A stretch of DNA of 64,000 bases from an uncultured bacterium (GTDB lineage: Bacteria; Hydrogenedentota; Hydrogenedentia; Hydrogenedentales; Hydrogenedentaceae), in contig CALLRP010000044.1 in assembly GCA_938014335.1 (NCBI GenBank), forward strand, positions 4,751-68,750, written 5' to 3'. Below the pieces are notes generated by a model. It saw only the letters and a list, made by a program, of their open reading frames with translations, had not been told where the DNA came from and made no database searches. Both the position numbers and the translations under genes were made by a program. Position 1 is the first letter of the stretch, and every line of letters starts with the position of its first letter. Positions 36,103-45,823 of this stretch are shown in pieces.

Positions 36103-38664
36103 GTGAGTGTAAAATCACTGGATTTTGGGTCTACGGAAACACAGAAGACTTTTGAAGTCTGGAATAAGACTTCATCTACTCAAATGAGTTTTGAAATTAC
36201 GAAGACAGCCGACTGGCTGACTGTTGCCCCGACAACAGGTTCAAGTAATGGACCTTCCAGTAAAGTAACCATAACAGTATCTGTTTCCCGTTCAGGATTA
36301 CAACCCGGGTCATATTCGGATACATTGAAAGTGAAATCCCCCCAGGATGGTGAAGAATTGGTTAATGTTGCAATGACAGTAGCAGGAAGTCCAGAAGGAC
36401 AACAAGAAGGGACTGCGGAAGGAACGCAGGAAGGAACGCAGGAAGGAACTCAAGAAGGAACGCAGGAAGGAGAGGGAGAAGGACAAACACAACCCAATAT
36501 TTCTATAACAGGCTGGGTTACTGATACGAATTCAAATCCTATTGCGTATGCGTTGATTAAATTGGTCAATACAAGTTTTGAGGTATATACAGACCCAACA
36601 GGTCTTTACATACTGGAAAATGTTCCCAAAGGGGGTTATGTGCTCTCTGCATCAAAAGAGGGCTATGCTCCCTATAGTGTTGAAGTGACGGTTGGCGATA
36701 ACTTACCTGTGACAGTTAATATAGTCCTCATCAAACAAACAAAAATACAAGATGTCCCAAATATTGAAAATGGCGCTATGGTTACCGACCCGAAAGGGAA
36801 TGAAATAACAATACCTCCTGGTTCGGTATTTGATGAAATAGGTAATCCCGTAACAGGACCTGTCGAAGTTTATATAACTCCCTTAGATTTTACCCAGCCT
36901 AATGATATTCTGGCATTTCCAGGAGGTTTCCAGGGAGTTTCTACAACGAAACAAGGTGAACGAGTTGATTTAGAATCGTATGCATTAGCTGATTTCACAT
37001 TAAAGAAGAATGGCAAAGAGGTAAAATTGGATACTACGGCAAAGGCAGACAATCCAGCAGAGATAAAGCTTGATATCCCTGATGATTCTCCTCTTAATGC
37101 GGGAGATAAAGTTCCTTTATGGTATTTTGATGAAGAACAAGGTATATGGGTTGAATCAGGAGAAGGGACTGTTTATGATGAGAATGGAAATAAATATTAC
37201 AAAGCTACTGTTCAACACTTAACCTGGTGGAATTGCGATGCTCCGATTACAGATAAGACTTGTATTCAAGGCTATATAAAAGATAACCAAGGGAAACCTG
37301 TTGTTGGAGCTGTAATTAAAGCAATTGGAGATTCATATAATGGTGTAACAACTGCTTATACAGATATTACAGGTTTCTTCTGTGTGAATGTAAAGGGGAA
37401 TTCTACCGTTATTCTTGAAGTATATTTACCAGGGGCTCTAATACCGGTATATCAACAAACAATTAATGCAAATACAGTAGGAAATTCATGTGAAACGGGT
37501 GGATGTATCGATTTAGGAACAATAACGGCAACGTTTAATAGTTGTGTTCAAGGAACAGTTACAGATAGTAATGGGAATCCACTTGGGAATGTGACCGTTC
37601 GTTCATCTATTGGAACAGAAGCCATAACAGATAGGTCAGGACATTACTGCCTTGAAGCGATAGGCGATGTCCCTATTACAGTGTATGTAATTACTCGACC
37701 CCCAGTAACAGTTCTTGCAAAAGTAAATACCTCATGCAGTGCAGGTGATTGTGTTGTTGCGGATATAAAGGTAGAGTATCCCAAAGATGGTTCTTATGTT
37801 GGATTTATGAATGTAAGTTCGAACAAACAATTAGCTAATTTACAACAGAACCAGTATTTAATCTCTTCGTCTGCTATCTTTGCCTCTTTACCACAGAATC
37901 CAATACAAATACCTAATGACCAGTGTTCTGTTCAGACTTTCCAATATGACCTTTCACAAGAACAACCTCCACAAGAGAATTTACCCCAAATCAACTGGTC
38001 CGGACTCGACCCGGGGGCACCGGGTTTGTTCCAGTGTTCAGACCAATCAGTAGATTTTCTAAGAATGTCAGATACCTACATTCAGGAAACAGGGATGATG
38101 CAACCGTGGATGTATTCTATCTTTATGTTGGATTATATAAGTCCTATTTATACTACACAGCAATCGCCTACATTTGAAGCCTCCTGGCCTGGTGGGTTTG
38201 ATATTGGAGCCTTTTCTGTCAATGGACAGATTCCACCCGCATTAGTTATTGCATCGCCACAAATAAAACAAACCACATATGGTTACACATTTGAGTTTAA
38301 CCCTGAACAAGATATGAATTTGGAATGGAATGCTCCTACGACACCAGTTCCTGGAAGCTTTATTGAGGTAGTTCTAACAGGGACTACTTATACTTTTGAA
38401 GAGCAATCAGAGACTGTTCATGTGACATTGATTAGTTGTGTCCTCACGGATGATGGCTCCCATGTAATTCCTAAGGAATTGCTCCAACAAATTCCTACGG
38501 GTCCCATCACTCAACCTGCATTCATTTCTTTGACCATTTCTCGTTGCTATGTGCAAGAGTTATCTGTGCCATTAGTAAAAGGTGGAAATGGGAAATTTGT
38601 AGTTAACTCAGAAACGATGGTAAATGCATATAACGCGAGAGATATACCCATTCCAGTAAAATAG
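36103..38664 (+). CDS. Large adhesin-like surface protein with an ASH/BACON-like N-terminal domain, an (EGTQ)n linker and a carboxypeptidase-regulatory-like domain. The lipoprotein leader upstream is interrupted by an in-frame TAG.
   Basis: GTG start at 36103. The in-frame upstream peptide MSFKKIFVL-TAG-IGIIILVSVQGC looks like a lipoprotein signal with a lipobox. WVTDTNSNPIAYALIKL…YAPYSVEV is a CarbopepD_reg-like domain. The gene ends at a TAG. Confidence 0.6.
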   Translation: MSVKSLDFGSTETQKTFEVWNKTSSTQMSFEITKTADWLTVAPTTGSSNGPSSKVTITVSVSRSGLQPGSYSDTLKVKSPQDGEELVNVAMTVAGSPEGQQEGTAEGTQEGTQEGTQEGTQEGEGEGQTQPNISITGWVTDTNSNPIAYALIKLVNTSFEVYTDPTGLYILENVPKGGYVLSASKEGYAPYSVEVTVGDNLPVTVNIVLIKQTKIQDVPNIENGAMVTDPKGNEITIPPGSVFDEIGNPVTGPVEVYITPLDFTQPNDILAFPGGFQGVSTTKQGERVDLESYALADFTLKKNGKEVKLDTTAKADNPAEIKLDIPDDSPLNAGDKVPLWYFDEEQGIWVESGEGTVYDENGNKYYKATVQHLTWWNCDAPITDKTCIQGYIKDNQGKPVVGAVIKAIGDSYNGVTTAYTDITGFFCVNVKGNSTVILEVYLPGALIPVYQQTINANTVGNSCETGGCIDLGTITATFNSCVQGTVTDSNGNPLGNVTVRSSIGTEAITDRSGHYCLEAIGDVPITVYVITRPPVTVLAKVNTSCSAGDCVVADIKVEYPKDGSYVGFMNVSSNKQLANLQQNQYLISSSAIFASLPQNPIQIPNDQCSVQTFQYDLSQEQPPQENLPQINWSGLDPGAPGLFQCSDQSVDFLRMSDTYIQETGMMQPWMYSIFMLDYISPIYTTQQSPTFEASWPGGFDIGAFSVNGQIPPALVIASPQIKQTTYGYTFEFNPEQDMNLEWNAPTTPVPGSFIEVVLTGTTYTFEEQSETVHVTLISCVLTDDGSHVIPKELLQQIPTGPITQPAFISLTISRCYVQELSVPLVKGGNGKFVVNSETMVNAYNARDIPIPVK
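36400..36485 (+). repeat. Tandem 12-nt repeat GAAGGAACGCAG, about 5 copies, encoding EGTQ repeats
   Basis: Read directly at 36418, 36430, 36442 (a variant) and 36454. Confidence 0.7.
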
Positions 38665-38690
38665 AACATCAATTTTATTTGAATAAAGGA

Positions 38691-38729
38691 CTACGCCCTA
38701 CGAAAATATCGCAGGGCGTAGTTTTTTAT
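38691..38729 (+). terminator. Rho-independent terminator CTACGCCCT-loop-AGGGCGTAG followed by TTTTTTAT
   Basis: A 9-bp stem plus a T-run, 27 nt after the stop codon. Confidence 0.65.
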
Positions 38730-38828
38730 GATGTCGTATTGAGTAGGATACAATTTGAAACAACTCCTATTGGGAATGTAGTTTATTAAGTGGAAAAAAT
38801 ATAAACCTAAATTTATAAGGATACAAAT

Positions 38829-40616
38829 ATGAAACTATTTTTCCCATTTCTATTCTTACTCCTGTTAGTCGGAAGTATATATGCTGATAGTATTCAACCC
38901 TATGCGATTAATGTGACTGATTTGGGTGCAAAAAATGACGGTTCTGCGGATGCGACGCAATCGTTTCAGCAGGCGTTGGACAAAGTCAGTGATATGGGTG
39001 GAGGTATGGTTCTGGTTCCAGCGGGGACTTATAAGATATTGGGTACCTTAAAAATACCTGCGGGCGTAACCTTACAGGGGACATTTCGGACACCTCCTAC
39101 ATCGGAATATCATAACAAGCCGAATTTAGTCGGGTCTATCTTACATGCGTATTTCGGGCGAAACGACCCGAAAGCGGAGCCCTTTATTACCCTTGCAGGG
39201 AATAATGCGACATTGGCGGGGTTTATTATAAAGTATCCCGAGTGGTCCAAAAAAGATGTGCCTCCGGTCCCTTATCCACCTACGGTCTACTCTCATGGGA
39301 CAACCGATGTGGCAGTATATGACTGCTGTATCATAAATCCCTACGAGGCACTTCATTTTCAGGATTCTGCCCGTATGATGGTTCGGAATGTCTTCGGCTA
39401 TCCTTCCTATCGTGGGCTTTATATAGATGCTTGTTATGATATTTCTCGTGTGGAGAATTGTCATTTTTGGCCCTTTGGTGTCGCATACAATCCGAACGAC
39501 CCGTACTGTCTCTGGATCAACGAGAACGGGACCGCTTTTGAATTTGCTCGAACGGACTGGCAATATGTAACCAACACTTTTTGTTTTGGGTATGGTGTAG
39601 GATATAAATTTTCCAGGACGAAAAATGGAGCATGTAATGGGAACTTTCTCGGTATTGGAGCGGATTGCTGTCGTAGAGCGGTGTTAGTAGAAGATTGCCA
39701 ACCGTATGGTTTGCTTATAACGAACGGCGAATTTGTAGGTCGATGGGAGAGCATCGACTCGGCAGGAATAGAGATACTACCTGACGCTGGCTACGGCAAA
39801 GTGAGTCTGAATAACTGTGCTTTTTGGGGACCCCTGGACCGTTCTATCTGGCATCGAAGCGCCAAAACCCAATTAACGGTTATTGGTACTCATTTTTGGG
39901 ATTGGGATGTGAATGGGAAGGGACATCCTGCGATACAAATAGACCGGGGAAAAGCAATCGTGCAGGGAAATACATTTCATTGGGGTTTGTCGCATGTGGC
40001 GGTGGGCAGGGATGTGGTATCTGCTATCATAACGGGTAATCAGGCGGAAGGCGGACTTTATATCATGAATTATGCAGGCAAAAAGACACAATTGGCTTAT
40101 AATGAAACTCCTCCCGACATGCCTAAAAAAGATATGCTAAAAAATTATATTCTTGACATCGGGGGGATAGGGGACCGAAATTTTTTGGAGAATTGGCATG
40201 GTTCGGAATCTGCCCCGGAATGGGGGAAGCCGGGGATATCTAAACGATGGAGCAAACAAAATTCTGCGATAAGACTTCCCATCTTACCGAACAAAGAATA
40301 CACGCTCACTCTGGATGTTTATATTCCTCCGCAAGCCCGGCAGGGCGATAGTGCCATTTTATTAAATGACGAAGTTTTGGCTTCATTAGTGGATAAGCAA
40401 GGACTACAAAAAATCTCCGTAAAAATACCCCCACAAAATCAGGAGTTTGTAATTTTTAACATTCGTAGCCATGCATGGGTGCCCAAAGATTATGACCCGA
40501 ACTCTAGCGATACGCGTTCCTTAGGGATAGCTGTAAGCCAGATACAGATGAAAACACGGATGGGACCGAAAGAACCGTTTATTTTGAATAATCTTTTCAA
40601 AGCCATATCCAAATAA
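38829..40616 (+). CDS. Secreted right-handed beta-helix protein (Pectate_lyase_3-type glycoside hydrolase / polysaccharide depolymerase)
   Basis: Signal peptide. AINVTDLGAKNDGSADATQSFQQALDKV…VLVPAGTYKILGTLKIPAGVTLQG is typical of the pectate-lyase superfamily. Confidence 0.7.
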   Translation: MKLFFPFLFLLLLVGSIYADSIQPYAINVTDLGAKNDGSADATQSFQQALDKVSDMGGGMVLVPAGTYKILGTLKIPAGVTLQGTFRTPPTSEYHNKPNLVGSILHAYFGRNDPKAEPFITLAGNNATLAGFIIKYPEWSKKDVPPVPYPPTVYSHGTTDVAVYDCCIINPYEALHFQDSARMMVRNVFGYPSYRGLYIDACYDISRVENCHFWPFGVAYNPNDPYCLWINENGTAFEFARTDWQYVTNTFCFGYGVGYKFSRTKNGACNGNFLGIGADCCRRAVLVEDCQPYGLLITNGEFVGRWESIDSAGIEILPDAGYGKVSLNNCAFWGPLDRSIWHRSAKTQLTVIGTHFWDWDVNGKGHPAIQIDRGKAIVQGNTFHWGLSHVAVGRDVVSAIITGNQAEGGLYIMNYAGKKTQLAYNETPPDMPKKDMLKNYILDIGGIGDRNFLENWHGSESAPEWGKPGISKRWSKQNSAIRLPILPNKEYTLTLDVYIPPQARQGDSAILLNDEVLASLVDKQGLQKISVKIPPQNQEFVIFNIRSHAWVPKDYDPNSSDTRSLGIAVSQIQMKTRMGPKEPFILNNLFKAISK

Positions 40617-40779
40617 GACGGATTATAAATAAAATCATAAATATGATGAACTGGAATATCTTGGAGGGGTTATTTATTTGTAATTATTCAATAGAATTGG
40701 AGGATTTTATTGGGAGAAGATGATAAGAGAGGTTTTTTCCCTATTTTTTGTACTTGTGTGTGTTCGCACTATACGATAT

Positions 40780-41095
40780 TTTTTTCTTTTCACCACAGAG
40801 AGCACAGAGAAGCACAGAGATTTAGGTGTGAAGAAATGTTTATTAGCATTTTTTATTGGGTTTTACCTGCCATTTCGAGGATAAATTAAGAGTAAATATA
40901 TTCCATCCGTATCGCGTTTTTCTCTATGTTCTTTCTCTCCGTGTCCCTCTGTGTCCTCTGTGGTTAAATTTTTTTTCTTCAATGTAGCGCAGTCATTCCT
41001 GACTGTGTTTACTGTGTCTCTTGCTTTTTCTCTGTGTATCTCTGTGTCCTCTGTGGTTAAATATTCTTTTTTTTCACCACAGAGAGCACAGAGAA
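40780..41095. repeat. Cluster of four about 30-nt CACAGAG-rich palindromic units in alternating orientation (REP/BIME-like, or a small MITE)
   Basis: CACCACAGAGAGCACAGAGAAG occurs at 40780 and 41074. The reverse complement TTTAACCACAGAGGACACAGAG occurs at 40935-40968 and 41029-41060. Confidence 0.55.
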
Positions 41096-41280
41096 GTATG
41101 GAGGTCACATGGTAGGAAATGTTGGTTCCCATGGTTTGATGGGGAATGACATAGCAGGTAAGGAAGATTTAAGGAGCACGGATGTTCCTATTAACGAATA
41201 ATGAACAATGACTCTAATCGGATTTTAGGGCAGGACGGGTGAACATACCCAGAAATAATTTGATGTTGGTTGGAATTAGA

Positions 41281-41306
41281 AGGGCAGGATTATTTATTCC
41301 TGCCCT
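41281..41306. terminator. Hairpin AGGGCAGGA-ttatttatt-CCTGCCCT, a probable terminator for the convergent giant gene
   Basis: It lies 50 nt past the stop of the minus-strand gene and is followed by TTTTTTAAG on the plus strand. Confidence 0.4.
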
Positions 41307-41357
41307 CCCTTGATGCATTTTTTAAGTTGCGTCAAAGTTAAATGGATAAAGAGTTAT

Positions 41358-44234
41358 TTATTGTGGAAAGCAGAAGCCATCTTCACCTGGGGAATTCCCA
41401 CAATCACGACTGTAACCTCCTATATTGAAAATCTGGATAAGCCTAAGAAGTTCAGTTAAACTTATTTTCCAGTCTTGGAGATTGTAGTCACTTGTGTGAG
41501 GTCTGCAATTTGTTTGAGATAGGTCATAACCGGGGGCATAACCATCTTCTGTTGGTTCTGTAGCACAATGATAGCCGAAGGAATTGAACAACTGGATAAC
41601 TCTTAATAGTTCAGTCAGGTCAATTTTCAAATTTTGGTTGGTATCAGCAGAGTGGTAGGGAGGAATAGGTTCTCCTTCTTCAACCCCTTCAGATGTTCCT
41701 TCTACAGTACCTTCTGAAGAACCTTCTACTGTTCCTTCAGGTGTACCCTCGGAAACTCCTTCGGGCTGACCTTCGGCACTCCCTTCTGTGGTACCTTCGG
41801 TCAAACCTTCTCCCTCTTGAGTTCCTTCAATTATTCCCTCAGGTTGTCCTTCAGAATCTCCTTCTATACTACCTTCAGTTATTCCCTCTACAGAGCCTTC
41901 AGATGTTCCTTCGGGGGTTCCTTCTATAACACCTTCAGTTATTCCCTCTACAGAGCCTTCAGATGTTCCTTCCGGAGTCCCTTCGGGTGAACCTTCGACA
42001 CTACCCTCTGGAATTCCTTCCGGAGTCCCTTCGGGTGAACCTTCGATACTACCCTCTGGAATTCCTTCCGGAGTCCCTTCGGGTATGCCCTCTATCGTTC
42101 CTTCTCCTTCAGGTGTTATATATGGTTCAAAATCATAGCAATCCAGAACACCATTCTGATTGATATCTACTGCGTTGAGTTGTTCTTGTGTGATGGAGGA
42201 ATTTAATGTCTGCAACTCATAGAGAGTTAATACTTCATCCCCGTTTGTGTCAATGTCTGTAAATAAATTGTAAATTACGCTCACATTTGAAAACTCACTT
42301 ACACTTAATTGCCCGTCGTTATTGGTATCAACGAGATACCATCCTAACAAAACGGTATCGCTCCAACCGGTGATTGCTTTTAATTCATCTTTAGAGAGAA
42401 GCCCATTTTTATCAGTATCACCAAACATGATAAGGATGTAGTAATAATGTGTTATATCAGTAATATCGCAAGGAGGTTCTCCCTCATATACCCAACTATA
42501 ATCTTCGGGACAGGGAGGGCATCCCCCGCCATCCATGGTCTGAGTTATATCCAGAGCGGAGAGCACGAAAGTATCATAGTCTTGAGGTGAAGCGACATGG
42601 GCATTATATTCGCCTTTGTTACAGACATTATCAAAATCGGGGTCTCCATCCGAGGCGAGGTATTGCCCGGCGGAAGTATCGTATTCATCAATAGTAAAGG
42701 TTCCCCAGAAGTAGATATAATCAATGATTTGCACAATTCTGTTAATGAACGCTTGTTCGCCGGTCGTAAGGACACCTGCAATGACAGGAATGAATGTTGA
42801 ACTGGGAATAAGTTGGCCTATGAAAGGTAACGAGTTAAACTTTGTTTGAGCCGTTACCTTATTATTCATATAGGCATTTCGTACACAGCAAAAGATAGGT
42901 AAATCGGGATGAGCCAGAACATAATCCAGTAATCGGGCTTGTGCTACATCTGCCATGCCGTTGCCATCTATGTCAGCGGTATCAGGATTAACGCCTAAAA
43001 AAGAAGCAAGGTTATACAGGTATCTCAATGAACTTTCGAACTCCGAACTTATAGGAGTACTACTACATGTACTCCAACACCATTCCGCATAGCAGGATTG
43101 TGGAACAGGCCCGATTAGGTCCCAACAATCTAAATAACCATTGTCATCTATATCTATCTCGTCGAATTTTGCCTGGGTAATTTTGCTACTTAATTGTTGT
43201 ATTTCACTCAAAGTGACCTGGTTGTTTCCATCGGCATCTAAATGTTGGGGTAACAATCCGCCCAGTCGATTACTATCTACAAATTCCTGATAAGATAGGT
43301 AGCCGTCCCTATCCTTATCAACTAACCACCATCCTAAATCGAGTAAAATACCATTAACAAATGCCTTTAATTCATTTTTGGATAATTTTCCATCGGAATT
43401 GGTATCGCCGAACAGCATGAGCAGAGCGTAATAGTTCTCATCGGAGCGCATATCGCATTGAGGACCGGGTGTTCCTTCTCCTTCACCGGAACCTTCATTG
43501 GACCCCTCTCCTTCACTACAATCTGGACACCCCCCATAATAGTCTTTGATATTGGGATTAACAGCAGCAGAGACAAACACATCAAAATCATCTGGGACCG
43601 TGTTGACATGAGCAAGATATTCACCTACATTACAAACGCTATCCAGGTCAGCATCTCCTTTTGCGTTAAGATAAACGATGTTGGAACCATCAAGTTCTAA
43701 CATAGAAAGGTCGGGTAAATTGGGTATTATCCATTTTAAGGCACTAAGAATAGTGTTGATAATTTCCTCATTACCCATGGTTGCCAGAGCAGAAAAGAAT
43801 GTTTTTAAGTTTTCCAGGTCGGGGGGGCTGCCGAGATATGATGGCCAACCGGTATTAATTGCCAGTGCAATGGCTTCAACTTTCACTCTGTTGGCTACAT
43901 AGGACCAATAGATACAATTGCGGGTGGAGACTGCATTAAGAGGGTTCATTTTCATGATTGTATCAAATAATCTTGCTTGAGCTATATCTTTCATTCCATC
44001 AAAATCGAGGTCAAGTGTATCTGGATTCCCGCCTAATAATGGGATTTTTGTATATAGCTCCCGCATTGAATTTTCAAAGCTTTCAGTGTAAATCAGACCC
44101 AAAAAAGCATTACATGGGGGGATATTACAATAGTCGGGTTCCGAGTTCTGGGCAAATGTAAAATGGAATGGAGATAGAACTACAATTGTGATTAAATATA
44201 ATATCGTGAACTTATATTTATGAGTTATTTTCAT
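41358..44234 (-). CDS. Giant secreted protein with a duplicated ~320-aa module of dockerin/EF-hand-like Ca-binding repeats, a ~140-aa (x-E-G-x)n linker, and a C-terminal dockerin-like pair
   Basis: Signal peptide. FGDTNSDGKLSKNELKAF, DKDRDGYLSYQEF, DADGNNQVTLSEI and DIDDNGYLDCWDL repeat in the second half (FGDTDKNGLLSKDELKAI…). The linker is EGTIEGIPEGTPEG… The C-terminal pair is DTNQNLKIDLTELLRVIQLFN / DWKISLTELLRLIQIFN. Confidence 0.7.
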   Translation of the reverse strand: MKITHKYKFTILYLITIVVLSPFHFTFAQNSEPDYCNIPPCNAFLGLIYTESFENSMRELYTKIPLLGGNPDTLDLDFDGMKDIAQARLFDTIMKMNPLNAVSTRNCIYWSYVANRVKVEAIALAINTGWPSYLGSPPDLENLKTFFSALATMGNEEIINTILSALKWIIPNLPDLSMLELDGSNIVYLNAKGDADLDSVCNVGEYLAHVNTVPDDFDVFVSAAVNPNIKDYYGGCPDCSEGEGSNEGSGEGEGTPGPQCDMRSDENYYALLMLFGDTNSDGKLSKNELKAFVNGILLDLGWWLVDKDRDGYLSYQEFVDSNRLGGLLPQHLDADGNNQVTLSEIQQLSSKITQAKFDEIDIDDNGYLDCWDLIGPVPQSCYAEWCWSTCSSTPISSEFESSLRYLYNLASFLGVNPDTADIDGNGMADVAQARLLDYVLAHPDLPIFCCVRNAYMNNKVTAQTKFNSLPFIGQLIPSSTFIPVIAGVLTTGEQAFINRIVQIIDYIYFWGTFTIDEYDTSAGQYLASDGDPDFDNVCNKGEYNAHVASPQDYDTFVLSALDITQTMDGGGCPPCPEDYSWVYEGEPPCDITDITHYYYILIMFGDTDKNGLLSKDELKAITGWSDTVLLGWYLVDTNNDGQLSVSEFSNVSVIYNLFTDIDTNGDEVLTLYELQTLNSSITQEQLNAVDINQNGVLDCYDFEPYITPEGEGTIEGIPEGTPEGIPEGSIEGSPEGTPEGIPEGSVEGSPEGTPEGTSEGSVEGITEGVIEGTPEGTSEGSVEGITEGSIEGDSEGQPEGIIEGTQEGEGLTEGTTEGSAEGQPEGVSEGTPEGTVEGSSEGTVEGTSEGVEEGEPIPPYHSADTNQNLKIDLTELLRVIQLFNSFGYHCATEPTEDGYAPGYDLSQTNCRPHTSDYNLQDWKISLTELLRLIQIFNIGGYSRDCGNSPGEDGFCFPQ
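41690..42120. repeat. Imperfect tandem DNA repeats of about 60 nt and 40 nt encoding the (x-E-G-x)n linker
   Basis: GGAATTCCTTCCGGAGTCCCTTCGGGTGAACCTTCGA(C/T)ACTACCCTCT is duplicated at about 42005 and 42060. CCTTCAGTTATTCCCTCTACAGAGCCTTCAGATGTTCCTTC is duplicated at about 41865 and 41930. Confidence 0.65.
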
Positions 44235-44337
44235 TTTATTAACCTCCTTAAAGTCGTTAATTGGTAATTTGTTTGTTAGTTTATTTAGTAGTGAAATGTT
44301 GATGGGGGGTCAATTCTCTCCGGAAAACTCTAACCAA

Positions 44338-44814
44338 TTAACATCTAAGGACAAATATTCCTGCAATCCCTTTGCCCCATGTATGATTATTTGTATAAGT
44401 AGTTTCTCTTATATTAAAACAAGTCCATAAAACAATAGTTTGTGTACTCGACAAAAAAAGAGAATTAGAATTGGAATGATGTAATTTCACAAACTGTTTA
44501 TTGTTCAGATGGATATCTAAACCTCTATTTACAACTGCTTCTACTATCCTTAATTGTGTTTTGCCCGAACCTTTACTGCCTTCTGAAAATTTTGAATAAA
44601 GGACACATAGGTCTTTTATATCAATAGTTCCATCTTGATTTACATCAAGGTTATGGACATTAGAGATATATTTTGAATTAAGAATAGCAGATAGTAATTT
44701 TTCCCATTTTGCCACAGATAATTGGGCATCTATTTTTTGTGGGACAAATAGCCCACTTATAATGAGGATTATGATTGCTAATTTGCTTTTATTTAATTTT
44801 GATAATGTATTCAT
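44338..44814 (-). CDS. Small secreted protein with a single dockerin-like Ca-binding motif
   Basis: Signal peptide. LDVNQDGTIDIKDLCVLYSKF. Confidence 0.45.
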   Translation of the reverse strand: MNTLSKLNKSKLAIIILIISGLFVPQKIDAQLSVAKWEKLLSAILNSKYISNVHNLDVNQDGTIDIKDLCVLYSKFSEGSKGSGKTQLRIVEAVVNRGLDIHLNNKQFVKLHHSNSNSLFLSSTQTIVLWTCFNIRETTYTNNHTWGKGIAGIFVLRC

Positions 44815-44919
44815 AAGAAAAACAGCTAATCAATTTAAATAAATTATAACATAAACAGTTAAATTTTGGAAATAAATTTTGGTAAGAACTGTCCATTCAG
44901 GATTTTTTTATTTATGTTT

Positions 44920-45735
44920 TTATCTTTGATTGTTTTTATTTCTAATAGTCGAAGGGATTAATTTCATGGGACCGAATTCACCTACGAGGCGGTCGTCAAT
45001 GGTTGAAAATAGGTCGGATATATTGCTGATAACAGTTACATCATTAAACATACCCATTCCAAAACCATAGCCCATAGGCATTCTTCCTATTCCTCCTCCG
45101 GGAAATGGAGTTATACCATAGTTCATCATACCTGCTCTGGATGGAAAACCTCCCCCTGAAACGGATGGATTCCTTAAAACTATTTTAGGTAGACTATCCG
45201 TGTTTCGAGGATTATAAAATCCATACACCTTATTTTCTATTCTACGAGGAGATATATTTGCTTGGTAAGGACCTCCGGGTAGGGCAGAGGTGGCATTATA
45301 TCTTTGAAAATAGTAATTGTCTGAAAAATAATCTTGTGAAGCAGTTTTTTTTCGCTTTAAAACAAACTCAGATGATTTTTTAATTGGATTTATGTTGTAA
45401 TCCCCACTTATTTCACTATTAGATATTGTTTTTTTTGCTTCCGCAGGTTTTGTGGAGACGGATTGTTTTTCATCCCATCTTTTTTTTAAGGCAATCCTTT
45501 TTTCGGGTTCATCAAGAATTAATGTAGCATTACTAATATCTTTTTTTAATACACTCTCAATGGCTCCTGTTTCTGGGAAGAGGATATAAAGGGAATGTAT
45601 TCCTTCCATAATATAAACGTCCTGGTAGGTCTTTTCAGGGGTAGTGAGTTTGTCAGCCATGGCATATCCAGAAAACAGGATATATGATGACAAGGTAATA
45701 ACAATTAATATTTTGTGTTTGAAAATATAATACAT
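44920..45735 (-). CDS. Secreted protein with a Gly/Met/Pro-rich C-terminus, function unknown
   Basis: Signal peptide. GGGFPSRAGMMNYGITPFPGGGIGRMPMGYGFGMGMF. It is the first gene of a probable three-gene minus-strand operon. Confidence 0.45.
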   Translation of the reverse strand: MYYIFKHKILIVITLSSYILFSGYAMADKLTTPEKTYQDVYIMEGIHSLYILFPETGAIESVLKKDISNATLILDEPEKRIALKKRWDEKQSVSTKPAEAKKTISNSEISGDYNINPIKKSSEFVLKRKKTASQDYFSDNYYFQRYNATSALPGGPYQANISPRRIENKVYGFYNPRNTDSLPKIVLRNPSVSGGGFPSRAGMMNYGITPFPGGGIGRMPMGYGFGMGMFNDVTVISNISDLFSTIDDRLVGEFGPMKLIPSTIRNKNNQR

Positions 45736-45823
45736 AATGTTATTCTTTTTATTTGGTCCTTATATTATATATAATATCATTTTAATCCATTTTTGACAAT
45801 AAAATTTTAAATGGTAGGTTTTT

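Noticed and set aside
40863-41132. 89-aa minus-strand ORF in the convergent intergenic region
   Set aside because: It is built almost entirely from the CACAGAG palindromic repeats (peptide …TTEDTEIHREK…TTEDTEGHGEKEHREK…). It has no RBS and there are convergent terminators on both sides.
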